The position numbers were made by a program, and so were the translations under genes. From the IMG/VR virus record IMGVR_UViG_3300044822_000145, positions 1-51,817 of that record: DNA of 51,817 bases; one strand, 5' to 3'. The notes below the pieces were generated by a model, which made no database searches, was not told where the DNA came from, and worked only from the letters and a program-made list of their open reading frames with translations. The stretch's first letter is position 1; each line of letters opens with the position of its first letter. Below, one piece after another: positions 27,416 to 37,097 of this stretch. The DNA is from a virus. Its lineage: Duplodnaviria; Caudoviricetes.

Positions 27416-29752
27416 ATGCCGACTACAACGCAGTATGCTTATGCAAACAATGTAAGCACGACGCTCGCTACTGCAATCAGCTCATCGGCGACGACGATCA
27501 CGCTTGCATCAAGCGCGAATTTCCCAACGATTCCCACGGGATTCGTGTGGGCAGTCACCCTCAACGATCACGCGACACAATCAATCTTCGAGATTGTATA
27601 TGTGACCGCGACCTCGGGAGCCAATCTCACGGTTCTACGCGGCCAAGAAGGCACGGCCGCACGCGCTTGGAACGTCGGCGATTACGTCTTTGCTCCTGAT
27701 ACTGCGGGCATTCTCAATAGCTTCGTCGATCAAGCGTATTTGAATTCGTTAGGCTTATTGACGTACGCCGGGTTATTCAATCCGCGTAATTATGGAGCAT
27801 TAGGCAACGGCTCAACTAACGACGCGGCAGCATTTACCGCAGCGAATACGGCATCAGCAGGTTCTCAGATATACGTTCCACCTGGGAACTATTTAATTTC
27901 CAGCAGCATCGCTATTACGTCGCCTATTATTTTCGCCGCTGGCGCAAAACTTATACTATCGGGAAGCGCAACGGCTACATTTACATATACGCCGCAAGCG
28001 GGACGCTATCAGATATTCGCCGGGACGGCGCTCACATCGAGAGCCGTATTCATGTTTACATCGGCAGCGGCAGTCGATCCGCTATATCCCGAGTGGTGGG
28101 GCGCGCAAGTCGCTCCTAGCAGTATTGATAATGGCCCTGCGTTTACTTGGTGCGCACAGGCGCTTGCGGCATTGCAAGGCGGATCGGTTTCGCTGGCTTC
28201 AGGCAATTACACGTTTGCTTCATCAGTAGTTTGGACTGGATTAAACGGCTTATCTGTGTTCGGACAGGGAGGCAATGCGACAACTTTAAGTTGGCCGAAC
28301 GGCTTTACCGGACAAGGCATAACGATCGGAGGCGCAACGTCCGGCGCTCCCTGTTACAATATAAGACTCGGCGGTTTTCAAATTTATCAGGATTTTGGTA
28401 CAGGCCCAATCGGACCGACAACCGGCGTATCAGGTCTTTATGTGCAATATGCCATTAGCACGATTCTCGAAAATATCATCGTTCAGAATTGGGCAGGCGG
28501 CGTTTATTATAAATCCGTGACGGATTGCTTCTCGAAGAACGTCTCATCGTTCACGAGCTATGCACAATACCAATCATTCGGGTTTTATTGCGACGGAACC
28601 GTTTCACAGAATGCTAGCTTATACTTTGAATTTTGCTTGTGCTCTCATGGATCGCCGCTTAGCTCGATCACAACATACGGTCTTTACTCCTTTTGCGGTT
28701 CTGGAACAGGGCAAAGCGTTGCCGACCTTTACATTGCAAACTGCGAGTTCGATCAGTGCAATTACGGCGTGTACGTAAACGGCGCAGGCTCTACCTACAC
28801 ATACGGCGCGATAGATATTCGCCTATATGGAGTGGTTTGCGATAACAATAAGCTTACCGGCTTTTTCTTCAATAATCTTTTCGGAGATGCGTCGGTAAAA
28901 GTCACCGATTGCTATGTCGAGTTTGCGTCTGGAACAGTAACGGGGAACGGCGTTATAGCCCAAAACTCATCCGGCGTCAAGATCACGAATCTGGAAGCAT
29001 TCGCTCCTACGTCAACGTCGGGCTCATACTACGCCGTCAATCTCGTAAATTCGCCCTCCTGCCAAGTTCACGGCCTCATCATTCGCGGATATTTTCAGTA
29101 TGGCGTCTTTGTGCAATCGGGTTCGCACTTCGCGACGATCACGAACGGCGATCTCCGTACGGACGCGACAGTCACATCATCAAACGCAATCGGCGTCATC
29201 GGCGCGACGAACGCAATCATCGCGAACAATCATATTTATGGAACGGGATCGGCGACCTGGGGAACGGGCATTGATATTGCAGGGGCTTCGGACTACTACC
29301 GCATTTCCAACAACGATGTAGAGCAAGCCTTTGTCTCGGGCTTTCCGTACCTGCTCCTTTCGACTCTTCTCAACGGGTATGTCGATTATCAAACCGCGCC
29401 CGCATGGACTATCACAGATCAGAGTGGCGCGGCGCTAGCGATCACGGTAAACTCCAATTGGTACGTCAAAATCGGCAGATTCGTCTCCTACCAGTTCGAC
29501 ATCACCTACCCAACAAACTCGAATGCGTCTTCCGCGCGCATAAACGCGCCGACTAACTCTCCGGGGAGTAATTTTCCAGGCGCAACCGTTGCTCCGCCGC
29601 TAACGTCCGGAGGAAGCTCGACGATTACCGGCGTGGTAACAGCTGGGCTTATCATCTTTTCTCCGCAGTCGTCCGGCGCATCACAGTTCGCCAATCTGAA
29701 TCTATCAGGATTCAGAATCACGGTGTCCGGTACATACGAGTCCGCATACTAA
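27416..29752 (+). CDS. Tail fibre/tailspike with pectate-lyase-like beta-helix (receptor binding/depolymerase)
   Basis: N-terminal YANN...EIVYVT...RGQEGT anchor, NPRNYGALGNGSTNDAAAF, YVPPGNY and parallel beta-helix repeats. Confidence 0.85.
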   Translation: MPTTTQYAYANNVSTTLATAISSSATTITLASSANFPTIPTGFVWAVTLNDHATQSIFEIVYVTATSGANLTVLRGQEGTAARAWNVGDYVFAPDTAGILNSFVDQAYLNSLGLLTYAGLFNPRNYGALGNGSTNDAAAFTAANTASAGSQIYVPPGNYLISSSIAITSPIIFAAGAKLILSGSATATFTYTPQAGRYQIFAGTALTSRAVFMFTSAAAVDPLYPEWWGAQVAPSSIDNGPAFTWCAQALAALQGGSVSLASGNYTFASSVVWTGLNGLSVFGQGGNATTLSWPNGFTGQGITIGGATSGAPCYNIRLGGFQIYQDFGTGPIGPTTGVSGLYVQYAISTILENIIVQNWAGGVYYKSVTDCFSKNVSSFTSYAQYQSFGFYCDGTVSQNASLYFEFCLCSHGSPLSSITTYGLYSFCGSGTGQSVADLYIANCEFDQCNYGVYVNGAGSTYTYGAIDIRLYGVVCDNNKLTGFFFNNLFGDASVKVTDCYVEFASGTVTGNGVIAQNSSGVKITNLEAFAPTSTSGSYYAVNLVNSPSCQVHGLIIRGYFQYGVFVQSGSHFATITNGDLRTDATVTSSNAIGVIGATNAIIANNHIYGTGSATWGTGIDIAGASDYYRISNNDVEQAFVSGFPYLLLSTLLNGYVDYQTAPAWTITDQSGAALAITVNSNWYVKIGRFVSYQFDITYPTNSNASSARINAPTNSPGSNFPGATVAPPLTSGGSSTITGVVTAGLIIFSPQSSGASQFANLNLSGFRITVSGTYESAY

Positions 29753-29904
29753 TGCCGGAACCGATCACGGGCGTCGGCGCTAGCTCCCAAGCGCCGCAGA
29801 CCGCGAGCGGCACCGGGAATATGGGCGAGGTCGTCTGCATTCGCCTGCCGATTGTGCCGATCACGCGGATCACGCTGGCGATTACGCCGCCGCATAACTG
29901 CTAA
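29752..29904 (+). CDS. 50-aa protein consisting largely of the shared GxGASxQAxQTAxG motif
   Basis: Own translation MPEPITGVGASSQAPQTASGTGNMGEVV...; TAATG coupling. Confidence 0.7.
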   Translation: MPEPITGVGASSQAPQTASGTGNMGEVVCIRLPIVPITRITLAITPPHNC

Positions 29905-30025
29905 CGATGCTCCCCTCGTATGCGCATAATCGTCTCTCCAAGAAACTCCGTTTTCCTCAAGGGTCCTCACTTCTTAGCCGACGAAGGGCGTTCTTCTTAG
30001 CAGGTTTGTGCCTCGGAGGATGCCA

Positions 30026-30601
30026 GTGGCTTCACAAAACCCATACGCGCCGAATCTATCGCTCGGACAGTATGCCAACGCCGGGAACGGAATTAGCGGA
30101 CAGCTTTTCCAGGGCGGCAATCAGGCGGTCGTAGCGACGGCGCTATCAGCCGGGCTTCCGACAACGTACACCGGCGGCCTCGTATTGGCGAATCCGCCGA
30201 CAAGCACGGTGAACGTGCGCCTCCAAAAGGCAACAGCCATTTTCATCATCGCGCAGACGAACGTGTCAGTCATCGGCCTGGGCATCGGCTTCTCCGCAAC
30301 GGCGCTTACGGGGACGCTTACGGCAGTAGCATCGCTACCGGGCAATCCGGGCTCCTCTGCCGTCGCGCAGGGCCTGCTGTACTCATCGGCGAGCATCACG
30401 CTCCCCGCAGCGCCCTACCTCACGCGCGTCATCGGCCTTGCCGAGACCGGCGCGGTCACGACCGGCGTCGCGACGGGCGGCCTCTCACTCGACCTTCAGG
30501 GCAGCATCATTCTTCCGCCGGGCGGGTACGCTGTGTTCACCAGCTCGGCGGCAGGCACCGCGTCGTCGTTCATCGGCTCCTTCGTGTGGGTCGAAGCCTA
30601 A
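30026..30601 (+). CDS. Virion structural protein (beta-rich)
   Basis: GGAGG 6 nt before GTG 30026; IILPPG motif. Confidence 0.65.
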   Translation: MASQNPYAPNLSLGQYANAGNGISGQLFQGGNQAVVATALSAGLPTTYTGGLVLANPPTSTVNVRLQKATAIFIIAQTNVSVIGLGIGFSATALTGTLTAVASLPGNPGSSAVAQGLLYSSASITLPAAPYLTRVIGLAETGAVTTGVATGGLSLDLQGSIILPPGGYAVFTSSAAGTASSFIGSFVWVEA

Positions 30602-30604
30602 AAT

Positions 30605-31705
30605 ATGCCGACGATTACGTCGCAGATCGTAACCGTAAACGCGATCGTATCGGTCGCGCCGACGCCCTCGCAGCTTCAGCAGAGCGGCGCGTTGGTATCA
30701 ATCGGCGGCACGACGCAAACCGTAGGCACGTACACGTACTACGGGACGCTCGCGGGAGTAACGGCGGCTCTTAGTTCCACGGGGAACTTCCAAGAGATCG
30801 ACAACATGGCGACGACGTTCTTTTCGCAAGGGAACGCGGTCGGCGTCTATGTCCTCGAATTGGGCGTCGAAGGCTCGACGGCAGCGGGAATCACGTCCCT
30901 GGGAACGTGGATCACGGCGAACCCCGGCAACTTCTACGCCTACCTCACGCCCGCCGCATGGGATGCTTCAGGCGCCGCGCTCAACACGCTTGCGGCGAAC
31001 TATTCCAGTCCGACCGGCAAAACGTACTTCTTCGTCACGACGACGTCTTCGACGCTCAGCGCGTACGCGGTAACGAATAAGGCGATCTTCGCGACGGTTC
31101 CAAGCCCAACGGCGGCCTCGACCGAGTTTCAGGCCGCAGCGTTCTTCTACCAATGGCTCTCGAATAATCCGTCCGCAACGTCGCCGGCCCCGCCGATGGG
31201 ATTCCGCTTCCTCTTCGGCGTCACGCCCTGGGTACAAAACGGCAATCAGACGACGATCAACACGATCCTTACCGAATACGGGAACATCGTCGGAACCGGC
31301 GCAGAAGGCGGTATTTCGACGGCGACGACCTTTCGCGGCACGACGCAGGACGGCGAGCAAGCCATGGGATGGTGGGCGATCGATTGGGTGCAAATCCAGG
31401 CGAAGCGCCAGCTCGCAGCCGCGATCATCGACGGCAGCAACGAGAATCCGCCGCTGTACTACAACCAAAACGGCATTAACCAATTGCTAGCGATCCTAAC
31501 AGACATTGGAAGCACGGGCATCTCGTACGGGCTTCTTCAGGCCGCAACGTTCGCAGCCGTTCCGTTCGCAACGTACATCGCGCAGAATCCGGGCAATTAC
31601 CCGGCGGGAATCTACAACGGCTTGAGCGCAACGGTCACGCCGCAGTACGGATTCGAGCAGATCACCTTCAATGTCTCGGCGATTGACTTCGGGAGCGGCG
31701 CATGA
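30605..31705 (+). CDS. Tail sheath protein (DUF3383-like)
   Basis: WWAIDWVQI, PLYYNQNGI and GFEQITFNV motifs; precedes the tube. Confidence 0.85.
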   Translation: MPTITSQIVTVNAIVSVAPTPSQLQQSGALVSIGGTTQTVGTYTYYGTLAGVTAALSSTGNFQEIDNMATTFFSQGNAVGVYVLELGVEGSTAAGITSLGTWITANPGNFYAYLTPAAWDASGAALNTLAANYSSPTGKTYFFVTTTSSTLSAYAVTNKAIFATVPSPTAASTEFQAAAFFYQWLSNNPSATSPAPPMGFRFLFGVTPWVQNGNQTTINTILTEYGNIVGTGAEGGISTATTFRGTTQDGEQAMGWWAIDWVQIQAKRQLAAAIIDGSNENPPLYYNQNGINQLLAILTDIGSTGISYGLLQAATFAAVPFATYIAQNPGNYPAGIYNGLSATVTPQYGFEQITFNVSAIDFGSGA

Positions 31706-32151
31706 GTTTCAATCCAATGGTCCGACAGGGATTGCTCAATCGCGTTCTCACGAGCGTTGTCGTTACAAATTATCCACAGCTTACCGTTACCGCACCGTTC
31801 ATGTCGAAAAATCTTTCGGAGATTACCTTCGACGGTGCAGCGGTCGATCAAATCGGAACAGCAACCGGGATTGTGAATTCGCCGATGCCGTACATAATGG
31901 CGGAGATAAACTGCAATTTGCTTCGTTCGCAAGCGACCGTCGCGGCGTACGTCGCGCAATGGCAGCAGCAGGCGTACATCGGAAGCGTTACGATATACAC
32001 CGACTCCACGCAGCTTCCGCAATTTACCCTCGTGAATTGCTCGATCCTGAACATCACGCCGGGCGCATTTGACGGGCAGGACCCAACGACGAAGGTCCAA
32101 TTTAAGGGCGTTTATTATATTAATAACATCATGTGGAGTGGCACTGTCTGA
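31702..32151 (+). CDS. Tail tube protein
   Basis: 149 aa directly after the sheath. Confidence 0.8.
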   Translation: MSFNPMVRQGLLNRVLTSVVVTNYPQLTVTAPFMSKNLSEITFDGAAVDQIGTATGIVNSPMPYIMAEINCNLLRSQATVAAYVAQWQQQAYIGSVTIYTDSTQLPQFTLVNCSILNITPGAFDGQDPTTKVQFKGVYYINNIMWSGTV

Positions 32152-32729
32152 TAATTAACGACGCGCTGAACCTCGTTCTGCCTGTACGCTCGAACGAGGA
32201 CGGCGAACCGCTTATCTGGGCGCATCATACGCCGATAAGCACCGATGTATTCCGCGCGAATTATCGCATCATCGCCGAGACGAACGCCGCGATATGGGGC
32301 AAGGGAATCAAGTACGCCGCAACCGCAGGCGCACGGATCGCGAACCTCACGCTGCTCGACATATCCAAAGCCGACGCGCAAGAACACGGCATCGAGGACG
32401 CGGGACCTACGCTTCTCGCGGAGATAAAGCGATTGACGCTCATCCTAGCGCCGGGCGCGAATGGATTCGAGACGCTGCCCGTTGACGTTGCTATCGCGCG
32501 TAAAGTAATCGACGCAGACGATTGGGATGAGGCGGAAGGATCGCTTTGTTTTTTTACTGCCGCCTTCCACCTGGCGAAGAGGGCGGGACGAAAGAAGTTC
32601 TCGGAACTCATAGCATCGGTTATCGCGGGATCGACGACATCTCTGGGGCCTTCGGAATACGGAAGTTCCTTAGCCGCGTCGACTCCGGTCAACGATTCAA
32701 TCGAAATACTATCGTCGGAGCCGTCTTAG
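32133..32729 (+). CDS. Tail assembly chaperone
   Basis: Between tube and tape measure; contains a T7 slippery run; exact start uncertain. Confidence 0.7.
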   Translation: MEWHCLIINDALNLVLPVRSNEDGEPLIWAHHTPISTDVFRANYRIIAETNAAIWGKGIKYAATAGARIANLTLLDISKADAQEHGIEDAGPTLLAEIKRLTLILAPGANGFETLPVDVAIARKVIDADDWDEAEGSLCFFTAAFHLAKRAGRKKFSELIASVIAGSTTSLGPSEYGSSLAASTPVNDSIEILSSEPS

Positions 32730-32866
32730 GATGGGCGGCGCAAGAAGGCTTCCACGAGGTCTTCTCACGGCACGGGATCGACCAATTCAATTCCGCGCAT
32801 GCGTACCGTAATCGATACATCCTAGAACTTACGCGCGGGCTTAAGGGGCTAGTAGGAGGCGGCTGA
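32549..32866 (+). CDS. -1 frame extension of the tail chaperone (G/T-type frameshift product)
   Basis: T TTT TTT at 32549-32555 is in frame; the -1 frame is open to TGA 32866. Confidence 0.5.
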   Translation, partial: FFYCRLPPGEEGGTKEVLGTHSIGYRGIDDISGAFGIRKFLSRVDSGQRFNRNTIVGAVLGWAAQEGFHEVFSRHGIDQFNSAHAYRNRYILELTRGLKGLVGGG

Positions 32867-33047
32867 AGCCCTGTTACGCGAATTGCTTGGGGCCGGTTGG
32901 GTTTGGACTCCGCGTAAACTTTGCTCGGTAAGCGCGGAGGGCGAACGGTTCCGGTTTGCAGCATCAAGGGTCGGCGCAATGCGTCGGCTCTTGTTGTATT
33001 GTTTCCTGGAACTTACGCGCGGGCTCAAAAGGGTTAGTCAGCGGCGG

Positions 33048-33392
33048 TTAATTCTTTGGACACATATAAAATCGAACATGCACGCATGTTCCAACTAGCA
33101 TCCACCGTGGAAATTTTGACGGAAGAGAATCTACACCGGTTTCCGCCTGCACTTCGTTAAGGCATTTTCTCGAAACAAACGCAAGTTCCACATACCAGGG
33201 CGATCCGTCCTGAGCATCCGGCATAGACGTTCCCGCCATACTAAGCATAGAGTGACATGATGCGTCCTCGGATGCGCTCGTTGTCTGAAACGCCGCAAGC
33301 GCTGGATAGTACTCGCGATCGAAAGCGGCGTCCGCGAGCGCCGGAGATACGCACATCGCCGCGAGAATCAAAGTGAGGATCGTCTTCTTCAT
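33048..33392 (-). CDS. Secreted/periplasmic protein with signal peptide (moron)
   Basis: MKKTILTLILAAMCVSPALA signal peptide; opposite strand within the tail operon. Confidence 0.75.
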   Translation of the reverse strand: MKKTILTLILAAMCVSPALADAAFDREYYPALAAFQTTSASEDASCHSMLSMAGTSMPDAQDGSPWYVELAFVSRKCLNEVQAETGVDSLPSKFPRWMLVGTCVHVRFYMCPKN

Positions 33393-34171
33393 TTAGGTTG
33401 CCTTATAGAGAGAGAGTTTACTCTCGTAGTATATGCCAATAATCCTTAGAACCGCTGATAGGAAGCGGACTCTTTACACGCCTTACGGTTGCCTTATATG
33501 GCAATGTTACCGTTAACGGAAATTAACGGAAATTAACGCCGCATTTGCGGAGGGAAAAGCGGAAGTCCGTGCAAGCGGAAAGGCAGAGCCGAACGCACTG
33601 AGCGGGCGTCCTAACGGGCGCGTTATCCCTCCTGCGCGGTACAAAAATGTAATGAAAAACCCGGCAAGCATTACTGCGAACCGGGTTCCTCACGACAAGT
33701 TGAAGCCGTCTGAGGAATATACTACATCATCGCCGGGACGGCGCCCTAGCAATACAAGCAGCTATGGCGCACAAGGTCCCTCGGACATCCGCCGATGCGC
33801 AAGCCAATGCGCTTCCCCCACTCTCTTCGATGTAGCGGACCGAATCGAGAAACCTCAATCCTGACCTAACGGGATTGAACAGCGTCCCCCTTCAACGGGT
33901 GCGCCGAGGTAGAATCATCCGAGGCGTAGCGCTGGTGTGTATGATGACGCCGTTCCTTGGACGCGCGGCGAATCTGCGCCACCTGACCCATGCAATGCAA
34001 CGTACAGCCAACCGCCGTTGCGCTTGAGCATGGAATGACGATTCCTTCCGAAGCGACGGCGACGGAGACAGAAGTCATAAGGGTTCCCGACATCCGGGCA
34101 CCTTTATGCCCCAACCTCGCTCTTGCTCAAGAGATGAGGGCTCCTAGAGCGCACGAACGAAACGGTAGCTT

Positions 34172-36073
34172 GTGCCGACAAAAAGCATTATCAGTGTCGA
34201 TGTTGACTCAAGTTCTTTCGAAAGCTTCCACGAGAAGTTCAAATCCTACCTGGGCGAACTCGACTCTCAGCAAGAGAAGTGGGAAAAAGCGGGCGCTGCT
34301 ATAGGGATGTCCGGCGAGGCGCTCGCGGGCGGCGCGCTCAACGCGAAGGATGCCCTCGCGGTAGCGGCGGCGCAAGCCGGGGTCATCTCCGAGGCGATAG
34401 CCAAGGCCGTCAAGGCCCAGAACGACCTGGGCAGCGCAACGAAGCGCAGCGGCGATCACATGGGCAAGCTCCACACGGCAGCTAAGGGCGTCGGCGGGGC
34501 AATCGCGAGCATCGGAGGCTGGATCGTCAAGATCGCGGCCTTTGGCGGATTGGGAGGCATCCTCTCAGGGCTGGGGATTGCCGACTTAGCCGGGGCGACG
34601 CTCCAGCGTTCGCGCGCGGCGGGGCGGCTCAATATGAGTACTGGCGAGCTGGCGAGCTTCGGGGCAACCCTCCAACAGTTTCTCGGTACGGGCGACCTCC
34701 AGAATGCCGTCATGGCGCAAAATACCGTCGCGGGAGTAGGGGGCCTCTCCATGCTCGGGATTAACCCGCAGCGTGCGCAAGGCATGAACCCAGGCGATCT
34801 GGCTATCGAGGAACTCAGGGCCGCAACGAAGATATACCTCGGCGACAAGGCGAGCGGTATGAAATATCCGCTCAGCGATCCGCGTCTCAAGAACGTATTT
34901 CAGGGGATGCTCGGCGGCGATATTCAGAGCGTTCTTCTTGCTGCACAACCTGGAGGATTGGCTGAATTAGATAAAAGACAACGCGCATTTCATCAAAATA
35001 TCGCTGGGAATCAAATAGGAAAAAAACAACAAGATGAATGGAATAATCTCGCCATTACGCTTGGGCTCGCGGGAACGAAAATCCAAACACTGTTCATCGA
35101 CAAATTATCCGGGCTTGCGGGACCGATAGGAAAACTCACGGACGCATTCGTAGGGCTCGTCGGAAAGGTTCTCGGAAGTGACGGCGCTACGAGGGCAATC
35201 GACGCGATCTCAAAAGACTTAGATCAGTTCGGAACCTATTTAACCGGCCCGAAATTTCAAACAGATATGCAGTCAATGCAGAAGAATTTTCATGACTTCA
35301 GCGGCGAACTTGCGGTTATCGTGGACAAGTTTCGTTTTTTGCTTCCGCAGCCGGATGCTAAAATTCCTGATTTAGCTGGAACGCCGGATAAGTACGGCAA
35401 TCTTCCGAACCTCGGGGGCACAGGGCCGCGACATGACAATTCCTCTCCCTTGTTCAGTAGTAGCCAGATAAACACCGCGAAGAAAATCGCGGCTATAGCT
35501 CTAGAATTTGGTGTCGATCCCAGGTTAGCAGTTGCAACGGCAATGCGCGAATCGGGATTGAATCCGTTTGCCAAGGGAGACTTTGATAAAAAAGGACGCG
35601 CTACATCGTTCGGTCCATTTCAGCTTCATGAGGGCGGAGAACTTGGAAACCTCACGCCGAAACAAGCCTATGATGTCGGCATCAATACGAGAACGGCATT
35701 AAGCGAATTCGTATTGACCGGGAAATGGAGCAAGGAGAAGCAACTCAATCAGTTTTCTAAAGCCGTGCGATACGCAATGACGCACTACGACGAGAAGGGA
35801 AAGCAATTCGGGCCGACCGTATCGCATAACGACATCATGGCTCTTTTCGGATCGGGAGGAGTGCATTCGGCTATCTCGCAGCGGCCATCCGATCCATATG
35901 ACTATGCAAGAGACATAAATAATAACATGAAAGCTTTGGCGCAACAGGCTCGTACCGCTCCTAAACCCGCGCAGAAGACTGTCCCGCATGTGCCTCCGCC
36001 GACTAAAATTCACATCGTAAACCAAACGCAATCGCGCGTCGTCGTGCAAGCAAACGCGGCGGCTTACGGATGA
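34172..36073 (+). CDS. Tape measure protein with C-terminal lytic transglycosylase domain
   Basis: Ala/Gly-rich helical body; AMRESGLNP...SFGPFQL SLT motif. Confidence 0.85.
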   Translation: MPTKSIISVDVDSSSFESFHEKFKSYLGELDSQQEKWEKAGAAIGMSGEALAGGALNAKDALAVAAAQAGVISEAIAKAVKAQNDLGSATKRSGDHMGKLHTAAKGVGGAIASIGGWIVKIAAFGGLGGILSGLGIADLAGATLQRSRAAGRLNMSTGELASFGATLQQFLGTGDLQNAVMAQNTVAGVGGLSMLGINPQRAQGMNPGDLAIEELRAATKIYLGDKASGMKYPLSDPRLKNVFQGMLGGDIQSVLLAAQPGGLAELDKRQRAFHQNIAGNQIGKKQQDEWNNLAITLGLAGTKIQTLFIDKLSGLAGPIGKLTDAFVGLVGKVLGSDGATRAIDAISKDLDQFGTYLTGPKFQTDMQSMQKNFHDFSGELAVIVDKFRFLLPQPDAKIPDLAGTPDKYGNLPNLGGTGPRHDNSSPLFSSSQINTAKKIAAIALEFGVDPRLAVATAMRESGLNPFAKGDFDKKGRATSFGPFQLHEGGELGNLTPKQAYDVGINTRTALSEFVLTGKWSKEKQLNQFSKAVRYAMTHYDEKGKQFGPTVSHNDIMALFGSGGVHSAISQRPSDPYDYARDINNNMKALAQQARTAPKPAQKTVPHVPPPTKIHIVNQTQSRVVVQANAAAYG

Positions 36074-36816
36074 GTAATCTTCCGCCGACCGTGCAAACGT
36101 CCGAATCGCCCGCGCAGTCCAATCGCTCGGCATTCGATTTATCTTTTCAAATTTCACCAATTTTGCTCCAAAATGGAATCGTTACCGCGCAGGGCAATAT
36201 CGCGCCGATCACCGATTACACCGGAGGTTCTCCGGCTTCACTAGACGACGCCTTCGCGCGGTATCTTCCGATGCCGGGATCGACTCTTATCTCTCAAACC
36301 GTTGCGACATATCCCTTTGCGAATCAAGCCGTTGCAGCGAACGCGACGATTCAGCAGCCGCTTACGATCTCGCTTATGATGATCGTGCCGGTGAACACGC
36401 CGGGCGGTTATTTGAAAAAATTATCGCTCTTTTCGGGCCTCCAGGCTTCGCTTCAGCAGCACAACGCTGCGGGCGGGACCTATATTATCGCGACGCCTGC
36501 ATTCGTCTATTCGTATGTAATCATGGTCTCTATGACGGACGTAACGCCGCAAGTTTCAGCGGACGGAAACAAGCAACTTCAATCGGCTTACCAGCTTGAT
36601 TTCATACAGCCGCTAGTGACAAGTGCGGCGCTCGCGGCGCAGCAAGGCGCGCTCTTTCAAGCTGTTACGAACGGGAATAAGATCGTAGGTCCTCCGTCGT
36701 ACTCGGGCAATCCGTCGTCGTCTCCCGCGAATCAAACCGGCGTCACCGCGTCGCTCGGAAACGTAACGGCAGCGGGTTCATCCTTCGGCATTCCGACACC
36801 GAGCGCGGCGACATGA
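36070..36816 (+). CDS. Baseplate/tube-initiator protein
   Basis: Position after the tape measure; YPFANQAVAANA and HNAAGGTY motifs. Confidence 0.7.
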   Translation: MSNLPPTVQTSESPAQSNRSAFDLSFQISPILLQNGIVTAQGNIAPITDYTGGSPASLDDAFARYLPMPGSTLISQTVATYPFANQAVAANATIQQPLTISLMMIVPVNTPGGYLKKLSLFSGLQASLQQHNAAGGTYIIATPAFVYSYVIMVSMTDVTPQVSADGNKQLQSAYQLDFIQPLVTSAALAAQQGALFQAVTNGNKIVGPPSYSGNPSSSPANQTGVTASLGNVTAAGSSFGIPTPSAAT

Positions 36817-37097
36817 GTACGACGCTGCTTGCGTTCACGCCGAGCCCCGTCGCAGCGCCGCCGTTTAGTGCGGTCGTAACGCTCGATGGCGCGAGTTATA
36901 CGCTTGCAACGGCTTGGAATTTTTACGGAAGTCGGTGGTATTATAGTCTGAGCGATCAATTCGGGAATATCACGATCAACGCTCCACTCGTCGGCTCCCC
37001 TCCGAATGCAAACATTTATCTTGCGCCGGGCATCTTCACGGCAACGACGTTGCTCTTTCGTACAAGCACGCAAAACTTTGAAATAACGACGACGTGA
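36813..37097 (+). CDS. Small baseplate protein
   Basis: TLDGASY...WN...RWY motif; position. Confidence 0.7.
   Translation: MSTTLLAFTPSPVAAPPFSAVVTLDGASYTLATAWNFYGSRWYYSLSDQFGNITINAPLVGSPPNANIYLAPGIFTATTLLFRTSTQNFEITTT

Noticed and set aside
33908-33920. 13-mer GGTAGAATCATCC also present on the minus strand at 14365-14377
   Set aside because: Distant 13-mer matches are expected by chance in a 52-kb two-strand comparison, and there is no -35 at the second site.
33652-34304. ORFs 33652..33864, 33866..34114 and 33990..34304 as genes
   Set aside because: No convincing RBS, motif or coupling, so they were left uncalled, although they cannot be excluded.
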